Below are positions 1-6,785 of a stretch of DNA of 8,386 bases, in pieces. A program made the position numbers and the translations under genes. The stretch's first letter is position 1. Every line of letters begins with the position of its first letter. The stretch comes from a virus (Monodnaviria; Loebvirae; Hofneiviricota; Faserviricetes; Tubulavirales; Inoviridae), in IMG/VR virus record IMGVR_UViG_2703718850_000001, one strand, 5' to 3'. The notes under the pieces were generated by a model that saw only the letters and a list, made by a program, of their open reading frames with translations, had not been told where the DNA came from and did not search any database.

Positions 1-771
1 ATGTGGAGTGCTATTGCTGGCGCTGCTGGCGCTATTGGTTCTGCTCTTCTTGGTGCTCATTCAGCAAAGGCTTCTGCTGACCGTGCCAATAAGATTACGA
101 TGGATTTGGCCAAAAATGGTATCCAGTATCGTGTGCAGGATTTACGGAAAGCTGGCCTCAATCCCATTCTGGCCGTTACAGGTTCCGGTGGTCTTGGTTC
201 CGTCAGTTCGTCAGGTATTCAGGCTGCCCAGCCTGCTGATTTTTCTGGTGCCGTCAGTTCTGCCGTTGCTGCATTTGATGCCTTAACGAAGCGTCAACAG
301 CAACAGGTTGCTAAGGAAGGTATTGAGTCACAGATTGCTTTGCAGCGTAACCAGATTGCGAATAGTGCGGCTGATGTACGTCTTAAGGATGCACAGGCTG
401 CTGCCGCTCTCCAGAACGTTGAGAACATGAAAACACAGTCTAATCTGACCAATCAGCAGATTTTGACCGAGGCAAGTCGGAGAGCTAATATCGAAGCACA
501 GACAGGCCTTAGCTCTGCACAGCGGATTAGAACTCAATATCAGACTGTTCAGGACAAGGTTCTGGCTGATTATTTGAATACACCTGTTGGAGCTGAAAGT
601 GCACGTGTCAATATGGATGCTTCTTCTGGCGGTCTTATCGGCGGGCTTAATACTTGGCTTAGTTCTTATAAGCGTGACCATGAGGCTAATTCGGCGAAGA
701 AAGTAAACAAGGGGGGACGCTTCCCCCCTTCACAGTTCCAGCAGCAGTTGATTAACAATTATCGGAGGTAA
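1..771 (+). CDS. Microviridae-like DNA pilot / minor spike protein (H/VP2-like)
   Basis: 256-aa ORF starting with ATG at window base 1. Gly/Ala-rich N-terminus MWSAIAGAAGAIGSALLG resembles the remembered phiX174 H N-terminus (MFGAIAGG...), followed by a Gln-rich, coiled-coil-like middle. Immediately followed by a J-like basic peptide gene. Call by recalled resemblance, no search run. Confidence 0.5.
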   Translation: MWSAIAGAAGAIGSALLGAHSAKASADRANKITMDLAKNGIQYRVQDLRKAGLNPILAVTGSGGLGSVSSSGIQAAQPADFSGAVSSAVAAFDALTKRQQQQVAKEGIESQIALQRNQIANSAADVRLKDAQAAAALQNVENMKTQSNLTNQQILTEASRRANIEAQTGLSSAQRIRTQYQTVQDKVLADYLNTPVGAESARVNMDASSGGLIGGLNTWLSSYKRDHEANSAKKVNKGGRFPPSQFQQQLINNYRR

Positions 772-773
772 TT

Positions 774-893
774 ATGGCTCGTTCCCGTAGACGTATGTCT
801 AAGCGTTCTTCCCGCCGTTCGTTCCGCAAGTATGCGAAGTCGCATAAGAAGAACTTTAAAGCCCGCTCAATGCGTGGCGGTATCCGTTTATAA
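774..893 (+). CDS. Small Arg/Lys-rich DNA-binding/packaging peptide (phiX174 J / gokushovirus VP8-like)
   Basis: 39 codons ATG..TAA, MARSRRRMSKRSSRRSFRKYAKSHKKNFKARSMRGGIRL; 18 of 39 residues are R/K. GGAGG at 764-768 lies 5 nt before the ATG. Too short for the ORF track. Position right after a pilot-like gene fits a microvirus structural module. Confidence 0.5.
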   Translation: MARSRRRMSKRSSRRSFRKYAKSHKKNFKARSMRGGIRL

Positions 894-909
894 TCGCAAA
901 TCTGGCACC

Positions 910-938
910 TTTTGACATAACTTTACATTATGCGCACC
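910..938. other. dif-like XerC/XerD recombination site (candidate IMEX attachment junction)
   Basis: Minus strand reads GGTGCGCATAA-TGTAAAG-TTATGTCAAAA. Against the E. coli dif consensus GGTGCGCATAA-TGTATA-TTATGTTAAAT the XerC arm is 11/11, the XerD arm 9/11 and the central region is 7 bp rather than 6. It sits in the non-coding gap between the microvirus-like genes and the inovirus-side genes. Confidence 0.55.
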
Positions 939-976
939 AATGGTAAGGATGGCGGGAACTGGCGTTACCGGTGCCG

Positions 977-1210
977 TCATTGGTCACAGACCGTAATCCA
1001 CTGGCCCAGGACGTCTTTCAGGCAATGTTGGCATAAATCCAGTTTTAAGCGATTACTGTCACCAAAAATTGAACCGTATCCAGCTAAGTGATTAACAGAC
1101 AGAAACTCATTGAACTCAATGTCATCTACCACCGTCTTCGCATGGCGACCACAGCGATCGCAGGTCTTCGCACATAACATTACAGTATCGCTGGATGTGA
1201 AAAATTGCAT
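977..1210 (-). CDS. Hypothetical 77-aa protein with CxxC...CxxC (putative zinc ribbon)
   Basis: ATG at 1210 with GGAG 6 nt upstream (minus strand), TGA stop at 977-979. Two Cys pairs, CDRC and CQHC, about 40 residues apart. No homologue recognised. Lies between phage gene IV and the dif-like site. Confidence 0.5.
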   Translation of the reverse strand: MQFFTSSDTVMLCAKTCDRCGRHAKTVVDDIEFNEFLSVNHLAGYGSIFGDSNRLKLDLCQHCLKDVLGQWITVCDQ

Positions 1211-1327
1211 TTTATCTCCTCGTAATGCTGCCGCGCCGAATCAGCAATAACGCTAAAAAAACAGAATTGTTCGGCTTGGCCAACCCCTGACACTAACAAA
1301 AGCAAGTTTTGTCACTGTCCGGAGTTA

Positions 1328-1636
1328 TCATATAAACCAATAGACCGTCCTTACGCCATTCTGGTTATCAATAACATAGCCGCATTGTTTCCTTAAAAAT
1401 TCTTCTGCTAAATCAATGGCTTTTACAGAAATCTCATAAGAAGGAAGTAAAGTGTATCCTTTCCCTTCACTGGCAGCTGCTTTGATCGCATCCAGAGTAT
1501 TATCAATCAGTAACAGAGCAAGTGATGCTTCATTTACCTGAGCCGAAGAACTTCTGGCTGCAAGTGTCATTGTTTTTGCTTCTTCCGCTGTAATCGTTCG
1601 TTCTGCCAGAGCAGATAAAATCCCATAAGAATCCAT
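1328..1636 (-). CDS. Hypothetical 102-aa protein (unknown function)
   Basis: ATG at 1636 with a weak GGGG Shine-Dalgarno upstream, TGA stop at 1328-1330. Same strand as the phage genes, directly downstream of gene IV. No homologue recognised. Confidence 0.45.
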   Translation of the reverse strand: MDSYGILSALAERTITAEEAKTMTLAARSSSAQVNEASLALLLIDNTLDAIKAAASEGKGYTLLPSYEISVKAIDLAEEFLRKQCGYVIDNQNGVRTVYWFI

Positions 1637-1657
1637 TAGTTACCCCAATCAATAATG

Positions 1658-1715
1658 TCCATTTGATGGATAGCGAGCAGGGCTCACGCACCTACCCGCT
1701 ATCCATCAAAGTGGA
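1658..1715 (-). other. Long imperfect hairpin overlapping the gene IV stop codon (possible terminator or packaging-signal-like element)
   Basis: 14-bp perfect stem TTTGATGGATAGCG (1662-1675) pairs with CGCTATCCATCAAA (1697-1710), extended to about 18 bp with one bulge; 21-nt loop. Only a weakly T-rich tail follows on the minus strand. Confidence 0.3.
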
Positions 1716-2971
1716 CGAATGATATGTGCTGTAAGCAAAATATACATAATACGCTGTTCATTGCTGTCTGCCTTGCTACTGAAAATCCAGCCTATAAGAG
1801 GAATTTTACTTATAACTGGAACTGAACGCTCGGCATTGCTGAACGATGAATCGATAAGCCCCCCCAATAACAACGTCTGACCATCCTTAATCTGGACTGT
1901 CGTCTGAATCTGGCGCTGATTAGTAATAATATCGGATGCCTGATCATCATTGCTGATTGAATCAGCGCGAGTGTCGATAGTCAGAACTAGTTGCCCGTTA
2001 CCCATGACAACAGGCGTTACCTTGAGAGAAACGCCAACATCATGACGCTCGATAGTCTGAAACGGATTATTTACCCCGGCAGATTCGCCCGTTACCTTTC
2101 CGGTGATAAACGGCACATTCTTACCTACGGAAATGTAACCAGTCTGACCAGACTGAGTAAGAATACGCGGCGTTGAAATCACCTTAGAGCGTGAATTACT
2201 CTGGACAGCACGCAGAGACAGCGCCAACACGTTACCATCAAAAATACCAAAAGAACCGCCCGCCGTAGAAAGAGCGCTACCCAGTGCAGAAGTATTAAAG
2301 CCCCCCGCAACCTTATGACCGGATGCAGAACCTGCCGCAAACGATAAATCAACGCCATCAGACAAGCTGGTTTCAAACATCAGCGACTGAATGAGAACCT
2401 GATCGCGGGCAACATCCACAGAATTGATAAAATCGGACAGAACCGGCAGCAGCTCGTCAGGCGCAGAAACAATCAGCGAGTTATTGCCTGGATAATCCAC
2501 GACATTACCACCACCATTAGAATCAAGATAAATTTTAATCAGTTGCTGAACATCGGACGATCTAACTTTTGTCAGCTTAAAATTTCTGACCGTAAGCGCC
2601 ACAGGTACTGGCTGGTAAGATGGCTCAGAAGGAAAAGTATCATAAGACTGGTTATCAGAATCATCGGAATCCGAAACCATCTGTGAAGGTAATTTAGACG
2701 GCAAAGAGACTACCGCAGGATTGCCAGAAAGCATGACAAAACCGTTAGCATTCAGAACAGACTTAAAGAAATCATCAATATTTGCTGGATTAACATCAGC
2801 ATTAAATACGGTTACGTTTCCTTTAATATCAGGATTAACAATAACAGGCTTGCCAGTTTTTGAAGAATACCACTGAACAAATGAGCGAACAGATGAATTA
2901 TTTAAATTAACAGTTTCAGCAGAAACGCAGAATGAATAGGCAAATAAAAAAGCAACAATAACAGAGCGCAT
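1706..2971 (-). CDS. IV: Filamentous phage pIV secretin (outer-membrane export channel)
   Basis: 421 aa from ATG 2971-2969 (AGGAG 9 nt upstream), signal-peptide-like MRSVIVAFLFAYSFCVSA. Long runs match remembered M13 pIV (e.g. GKNVPFITGKVTGESAGVNNPFQTIER, QTLLLGGL, SKIPLIGW). The ORF-track extension to 3064 is an upstream alternative-start artefact overlapping gene I. Confidence 0.9.
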   Translation of the reverse strand: MRSVIVAFLFAYSFCVSAETVNLNNSSVRSFVQWYSSKTGKPVIVNPDIKGNVTVFNADVNPANIDDFFKSVLNANGFVMLSGNPAVVSLPSKLPSQMVSDSDDSDNQSYDTFPSEPSYQPVPVALTVRNFKLTKVRSSDVQQLIKIYLDSNGGGNVVDYPGNNSLIVSAPDELLPVLSDFINSVDVARDQVLIQSLMFETSLSDGVDLSFAAGSASGHKVAGGFNTSALGSALSTAGGSFGIFDGNVLALSLRAVQSNSRSKVISTPRILTQSGQTGYISVGKNVPFITGKVTGESAGVNNPFQTIERHDVGVSLKVTPVVMGNGQLVLTIDTRADSISNDDQASDIITNQRQIQTTVQIKDGQTLLLGGLIDSSFSNAERSVPVISKIPLIGWIFSSKADSNEQRIMYILLTAHIIRPL

Positions 2972-2978
2972 AATAATA

Positions 2979-3353
2979 TTACTCCTGACAGGTAACAGTC
3001 TGTAAATAACGGCCTTTTCTAATAACAACACGACAGGCATCTTTAATATCAACGGAATAACCATCTTTAATCAAATCAAAATACTGATATTTCATACCTT
3101 TTGCATCAACAAACGTAACGGAAACGTCAAAGCCAAGTTGTGAAAAAGAATTAATAGAAAGTCGGGGTAAGTCACTGGACGAATCAGGCGTTACCGCCCT
3201 CGCCTGTTCAGCATAAGCAGATTTAATAGCTGAGATTTCATCAACATTCTTTCCAGACTGGAGCCAGAAACCAAACGCAAGCCCCAGCGCCAAAAAAGAA
3301 AGCATTAATATAAGACGGTTCGATTTGCGAAAATAAATTTTAGTGAGGCGCAT
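2979..3353 (-). CDS. XI: Putative pXI (in-frame internal start within gene I)
   Basis: In-frame ATG at 3353-3351 is Met241 of pI, the same position as M13 pXI, with GAGGA upstream; the downstream hydrophobic segment matches the pI membrane anchor. Inferred by analogy with Ff only. Confidence 0.4.
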   Translation of the reverse strand: MRLTKIYFRKSNRLILMLSFLALGLAFGFWLQSGKNVDEISAIKSAYAEQARAVTPDSSSDLPRLSINSFSQLGFDVSVTFVDAKGMKYQYFDLIKDGYSVDIKDACRVVIRKGRYLQTVTCQE

Positions 3354-4073
3354 ATAATAATTAAATCCTCTGTGAACAGAAAATTGACCGTGCGTGATAA
3401 ATGGTGGCAAAAGCGAAAATGCGCCATGAGGATAATTATCTGTGAACGCTTGTTTGGTATTGTAAGCAGAATAAAGAGATTTTCCTGTATATATCCATTT
3501 ATCAACAGTGATTGAATTAACATTATCACCATATTTGACAATGCCAAAGTGTACCTTTGGTAAAGAAAATCTCGCCCCTGAAACCAAATTCATAATGGAG
3601 CCAACAAAAGGAATGTTTAATTTATCTGAACGGCGACAATAAACAACATGCTCAGCAAGCGCCAGACGAGCTTGCTTATCCATTATCGAAATATCCTGAA
3701 TCAAAAATATAATATCCCAGCCTAATTTTCTGGCATGTAAAAACCAGTCAATAACAGATTGTCTGTCTTTATCACCCCATGAGCGGGAATTAAACCAAGT
3801 ACCACATTCATCAAGTACAAGGAGGCCATTACGGGATTCATCGTAAGATGTATTCCCAATACCAATAGCAAGTAAATCATTTAATGAAGGCTTGTCAGGA
3901 ATGCGAATAACGCGCGTTTTTTTCGCATAACGCCCAACCATAGGCATATTATGCAATTTAAGATCAAGATTAGTGGCAACAGGACAACCCTTAGCAAGTC
4001 TTTCCTGTATTCTGGAAACACTAACAAGTGTCTTGCCTGAGCCTAATTTGCCTGTTACTACATAAACCGCCAT
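2979..4073 (-). CDS. I: Filamentous phage pI assembly ATPase (Zot-like)
   Basis: 364 aa; N-terminus MAVYVVTGKLGSGKTLVSV (Walker A) and much of the sequence closely match remembered M13 pI (MAVYFVTGKLGSGKTLVSV...LLVLDECGTWFN...HARKLGWDIIFL...). Start ATG 4073-4071 abuts the gene VI stop (TAAATG). Confidence 0.92.
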   Translation of the reverse strand: MAVYVVTGKLGSGKTLVSVSRIQERLAKGCPVATNLDLKLHNMPMVGRYAKKTRVIRIPDKPSLNDLLAIGIGNTSYDESRNGLLVLDECGTWFNSRSWGDKDRQSVIDWFLHARKLGWDIIFLIQDISIMDKQARLALAEHVVYCRRSDKLNIPFVGSIMNLVSGARFSLPKVHFGIVKYGDNVNSITVDKWIYTGKSLYSAYNTKQAFTDNYPHGAFSLLPPFITHGQFSVHRGFNYYMRLTKIYFRKSNRLILMLSFLALGLAFGFWLQSGKNVDEISAIKSAYAEQARAVTPDSSSDLPRLSINSFSQLGFDVSVTFVDAKGMKYQYFDLIKDGYSVDIKDACRVVIRKGRYLQTVTCQE

Positions 4074-4415
4074 TTAAATCACCCTGTTTGCATAATCAAG
4101 AAATTTTTGTTTTAAATCGAAAACAAAAACACTGATACGAGTAACCATAATAACGTTAACACACGCCTGAAAATGGTCAGGCAATACAGACGCCATTAAA
4201 TGGGAGAAATCAGCAGGTAAACCGTTATACATGACCTCAGCAAGGTACTGCATTAAAAGCGTAACAGTTGTTGTAATTAATGCGACCAATGCAAAGGCGA
4301 TTAATCCTGTTCTGGTAGCAAGTCGAGCTAAAAAACTCGCCACATAGCCAATAAACAAAGGGACAAGACCAATAAGAAAACGCAACAATGCAGGAATACC
4401 TAATAATAAAGGCAT
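4074..4415 (-). CDS. VI: Filamentous phage pVI minor coat protein
   Basis: 113 aa from ATG 4415-4413, [14 protein letters not shown] versus M13 pVI MPVLLGIPLLLRF; hydrophobic throughout. AAGGAGGT Shine-Dalgarno upstream. The gene III C-terminal frame stop overlaps this start as TGATG. Confidence 0.8.
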   Translation of the reverse strand: MPLLLGIPALLRFLIGLVPLFIGYVASFLARLATRTGLIAFALVALITTTVTLLMQYLAEVMYNGLPADFSHLMASVLPDHFQACVNVIMVTRISVFVFDLKQKFLDYANRVI

Positions 4416-4833
4416 CACTCACCTCCTTTGCGAAGCAATGAAGTTAAAGAAGTAAAGACATACCAGAACGTAAGGCAATAAAAAACCCATGAAAGAACAT
4501 CTTTAATAGTCAGTAATTTATCGCAACCAATATCAATCTGATAAACCTCTCCGGGAAAAATAATAAAATCAGAGCAGCCGTTACCATTGGGTAAATTAGG
4601 CAGCATAGCACCTTTATTTAAAAATGCTTCCCATAAAGCACCGTGAGAATCCTTTTCAATTCCCAATTCAGAATCAGCCAAAGTAGAAGCGCCATCTAAT
4701 TCAGAGTCGCCCTTTCCATAACGAGAATCACCACCTGAAGGGTCAGCAAAACGGCCAGCCCCCCGCGTAAGATTGTTAATGGAATCGTCAAGACGATTTA
4801 TATTATTCCTGGTTTGTTCATCGGCATTTTTTT
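4415..4833 (-). CDS. III: Gene III g3p C-terminal domain in the -1 frame (frameshifted continuation; pseudogene or slippage product)
   Basis: This frame is open from the A7 tract (plus 4827-4833) to TGA at 4417-4415. It encodes ...[51 protein letters not shown]..., resembling the M13 g3p C-terminal anchor (...ECRPFVFGAGKPYEFSIDCDKINLFRGVFAFLLYVATFMYVFSTF). It has no start of its own; the track's 4681 start is TTG. Confidence 0.7.
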
Positions 4834-5649
4834 ATCATCTGATGAAGTGTCTTTCTCCGTTAATTTATCATGAATATCGCTGGCTATTTTGGGTGAAGCA
4901 CCTTCGATCGCAGACTGAATATCACCTTTAGAAAGACTGGAACCACTAGAGCCACCGCCAGAACTACCGCCACCGGACTCACCACCGCCAGACTCACCAC
5001 CGCCGGACTCACCACCGCCAGACTCACCACCACCATTTTGGGGGGGTGAGGGTTTATCAGAGGGGTCAGCTACAGCACCTGTAGGCTTCCATGTTGCAGC
5101 GCAAACAGTACCATCACCCTGACAAACAATGACACCAGTAGCCTCATATTCACAGCCGTTATAGTAGATATAGCGACCACCATCATATGAATCAACATTA
5201 TTAAACACACCTTCTTCTGGCGGCTTCGCTTCACAAATTTCTTCTGGTGTCGGGTCAGTAGGTTTTTCATCAGGAACAGAACGCTGAATATTACCAACAA
5301 TATAAGCCGTTAAAGACCAATATTTATCCTTCTGCCCTGGTGAATCGCTGTAAGTACAATCACCAGTAAAAACAAGACGGAATTCAGAATCAGGCCAGAT
5401 ACCCTCATAAGTTGGTTTAACCCGAGTAAATACACTCTGAGCACTGGATTTAGCACCCTGACAAGCGGAGGCCTGCATAGCAGCATCAATATAGTAAACC
5501 GTTGTCTTAGAGCCATCCTGATTGGTTATTTGCTTACTTTCAGCGTAGGCAGAACTTTGATAAGTGGATTTAGTAATGCTTTCCCATGACTCAGCATGTG
5601 AAAAAGGAGAAATGAGGACAGCGGAAAGAATTAATATTTTCCTTTTCAT
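4798..5649 (-). CDS. III: Gene III adsorption protein g3p, N-terminal part (signal peptide, receptor domains, Gly-rich linker); reading frame ends early
   Basis: ATG at 5649-5647 gives [19 protein letters not shown] (signal peptide). A TolA-binding-N1-like segment [29 protein letters not shown] resembles M13 DRYANYEGCLWNATGVVVCTGDETQCYGTW, then a (GGGES)n linker. The frame stops at 4800-4798, 11 codons after an A7 run. The ORF-track extension to 5793 overlaps gene VIII in another frame and is not used. Confidence 0.75.
   Translation of the reverse strand: MKRKILILSAVLISPFSHAESWESITKSTYQSSAYAESKQITNQDGSKTTVYYIDAAMQASACQGAKSSAQSVFTRVKPTYEGIWPDSEFRLVFTGDCTYSDSPGQKDKYWSLTAYIVGNIQRSVPDEKPTDPTPEEICEAKPPEEGVFNNVDSYDGGRYIYYNGCEYEATGVIVCQGDGTVCAATWKPTGAVADPSDKPSPPQNGGGESGGGESGGGESGGGESGGGSSGGGSSGSSLSKGDIQSAIEGASPKIASDIHDKLTEKDTSSDDKKMPMNKPGII
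4951..5034 (-). repeat. Tandem 15-bp coding repeats (about 5 units) encoding the g3p [10 protein letters not shown] linker
   Basis: Plus strand shows repeating units of the form accaccgccagactc / accaccgccggactc; minus strand translation [30 protein letters not shown]. Confidence 0.8.
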
Positions 5650-5656
5650 AGTAACC

Positions 5657-5690
5657 CGCTTTAATAAAGGGGCAACGAGTGCCCCTGAGT
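5657..5690 (-). terminator. Rho-independent terminator between gene VIII and gene III
   Basis: On the minus strand, a GC-rich 7-bp stem AGGGGCA/TGCCCCT (5668-5674 pairs with 5680-5686) with a 5-nt loop is followed by TTTATTAAAG, directly after the gene VIII stop. Ff phages have a strong terminator at this position. Confidence 0.6.
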
Positions 5691-5695
5691 GAAAT

Positions 5696-5938
5696 TCAAA
5701 CCGCTTTTGAAGAGAATTTTTTGAAAATACGAATGGCAAGCCCAGCGCCAACCACAGCCACAACAACAGGCCATACTTTACCAATGAGATCATTTGCCTG
5801 AGTCAACAAAGCATCCATTGCCTGACCTGCATAATCAGTACCACCTGTAGCGCCTTCAGCCGCAAAAGAACTTGCAGAAATAAAAAGCGCAGTTGAAGCC
5901 AGAGCAACTTTATATTTAACAGTAGACAGAATTTTCAT
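5696..5938 (-). CDS. VIII: Filamentous phage major coat protein pVIII (IKe-like)
   Basis: 80-aa precursor: signal peptide ending SFA, then mature [54 protein letters not shown]. Acidic N-terminus, hydrophobic core and basic tail [12 protein letters not shown] closely match the remembered IKe coat protein (...[25 protein letters not shown]). ATG at 5938 with GGAG upstream. Confidence 0.92.
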   Translation of the reverse strand: MKILSTVKYKVALASTALFISASSFAAEGATGGTDYAGQAMDALLTQANDLIGKVWPVVVAVVGAGLAIRIFKKFSSKAV

Positions 5939-5957
5939 AGGAATAACTCCATTAAGG

Positions 5958-6053
5958 TTACATTAATCGGTCAGAAAATGATTTAAATGAACCGACCGCA
6001 TAGAAAAGGGCAAAACCAAAGGTATAAGCCCCGAAGAAATAAACGATATACAT
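5958..6053 (-). CDS. IX: Putative pIX minor coat protein
   Basis: 31 aa, MYIVYFFGAYTFGFALFYAVGSFKSFSDRLM; small and hydrophobic, with C-terminal SDRLM resembling the M13 pIX TRLME region. ATG 6053-6051 overlaps the gene VII stop (TAATG). Too short for the ORF track. Confidence 0.6.
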   Translation of the reverse strand: MYIVYFFGAYTFGFALFYAVGSFKSFSDRLM

Positions 6054-6139
6054 TAACGAAAGACCCCCGCAGTAATCGCGCCGAGGCCAAAAGAAATAAC
6101 GATGCCAGACGCTATCAAAATTTGAATAACATCGTCCAT
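6053..6139 (-). CDS. VII: Putative pVII minor coat protein
   Basis: 28 aa, MDDVIQILIASGIVISFGLGAITAGVFR, resembling M13 pVII (...VVLCFALGIIAGGQR). ATG at 6139-6137 lies 2 nt after the gene V stop; TAA at 6055-6053. Confidence 0.6.
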   Translation of the reverse strand: MDDVIQILIASGIVISFGLGAITAGVFR

Positions 6140-6141
6140 AT

Positions 6142-6459
6142 TTAACCTTTGATCTCTGCGATGCCACCATCGGAAGAAACATTATAAGTTACACCTTCCC
6201 TACCCTCCATTGACCACGCACGGACATAGACAGGAATTTGAACTAATTTCCCAATGAAAGCATTCGCCTGGTTCATTAGACCTGCGTTAACGAGAGCCTG
6301 AGAAACTCGAATAATAATTTGATCCTGCTTTGTACCACCAAAACCATCAGGTATTTCAAGGCCAATACCAATTTCATTATAATAGCCCTGACCATTAACT
6401 TTATTACGTTGGCGGGCTCCCAACATTTTACCCTTAACGAAAAGACCATAATTAGACAT
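6142..6459 (-). CDS. Gene V-position protein (putative ssDNA-binding protein, assigned by synteny)
   Basis: 105 aa, ATG at 6459 with AAGGAAAG upstream, between gene II and gene VII exactly where Ff gene V sits. I do not recognise similarity to M13 or IKe gVp, so the function is inferred from position only. Confidence 0.45.
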   Translation of the reverse strand: MSNYGLFVKGKMLGARQRNKVNGQGYYNEIGIGLEIPDGFGGTKQDQIIIRVSQALVNAGLMNQANAFIGKLVQIPVYVRAWSMEGREGVTYNVSSDGGIAEIKG

Positions 6460-6470
6460 ATTACTTTCCT

Positions 6471-6785
6471 TTAATGCCAGCTACTGGCGTGCGAAATACG
6501 GTTGTAATCGAAAATAAAACCTTTCTCATAAATCCATAAGGGGATTTCCGCTGGCTTGGCTTCCAGCGTTCTTATTAGCGGAACAACGTTATTAGAGTCT
6601 GGTGAATCACAATAGAAATTAATATCGATACCGAACGAAAGCAATTCTCTTCTATGGCGATAAAAAGTGTTATGAGGTAACATTTCTTTCATGTTAGCCC
6701 CTTGTTTCCAAAGTAAATAAGTTGACTGTATTTTTCTTGGCAGTTTCGTTATTTTTTCATCACTTAAAATAGCATTCTGATTCAT
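6471..6785 (-). CDS. X: Putative pX (in-frame internal start within gene II)
   Basis: In-frame ATG at 6785-6783 with GGGAG 8 nt upstream; product MNQNAILSDEK... (104 aa) aligns with the start of M13 pX (MNIYDDSAVLDA...). Inferred by analogy with Ff. Confidence 0.4.
   Translation of the reverse strand: MNQNAILSDEKITKLPRKIQSTYLLWKQGANMKEMLPHNTFYRHRRELLSFGIDINFYCDSPDSNNVVPLIRTLEAKPAEIPLWIYEKGFIFDYNRISHASSWH

Noticed and set aside
8-681. ORFs 8-286 (+) and 328-681 (-) nested in or antisense to ORF 1-771
   Set aside because: Both overlap the longer, better-supported pilot-like ORF and are low-complexity (Leu-rich) translations of alternative frames, with no ribosome-binding-site support.
1255-1283. 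A7 run and TTGGCCAA palindrome between the two cargo ORFs, considered as a terminator
   Set aside because: No stable GC-rich stem immediately precedes the T run on the minus strand; more likely promoter or operator sequence, and not callable.
1991-2376. ORFs 1991-2176 (+) and 2179-2376 (-) inside gene IV
   Set aside because: Wholly contained in the strongly supported pIV coding frame; spurious alternative-frame or antisense ORFs.
2972-3064. N-terminal extension of the gene IV ORF to 3064
   Set aside because: The extension overlaps the 3' end of gene I in another frame. The pIV signal peptide and the AGGAG Shine-Dalgarno support ATG at 2971.
3305-3547. ORF 3305-3547 (-) inside gene I
   Set aside because: Alternative frame within the pI gene; no support.
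4237-4422. ORF 4237-4422 (-) overlapping gene VI
   Set aside because: Alternative frame within pVI; Cys/Tyr-rich nonsense-like translation.
5070-5516. ORFs 5070-5300 and 5310-5516 (-) inside gene III
   Set aside because: Alternative frames within the g3p N-terminal coding region.
5650-5793. Upstream extension of the gene III ORF to 5793
   Set aside because: It would overlap the 3' end of gene VIII and read through the terminator hairpin. The signal peptide begins at the ATG at 5649.
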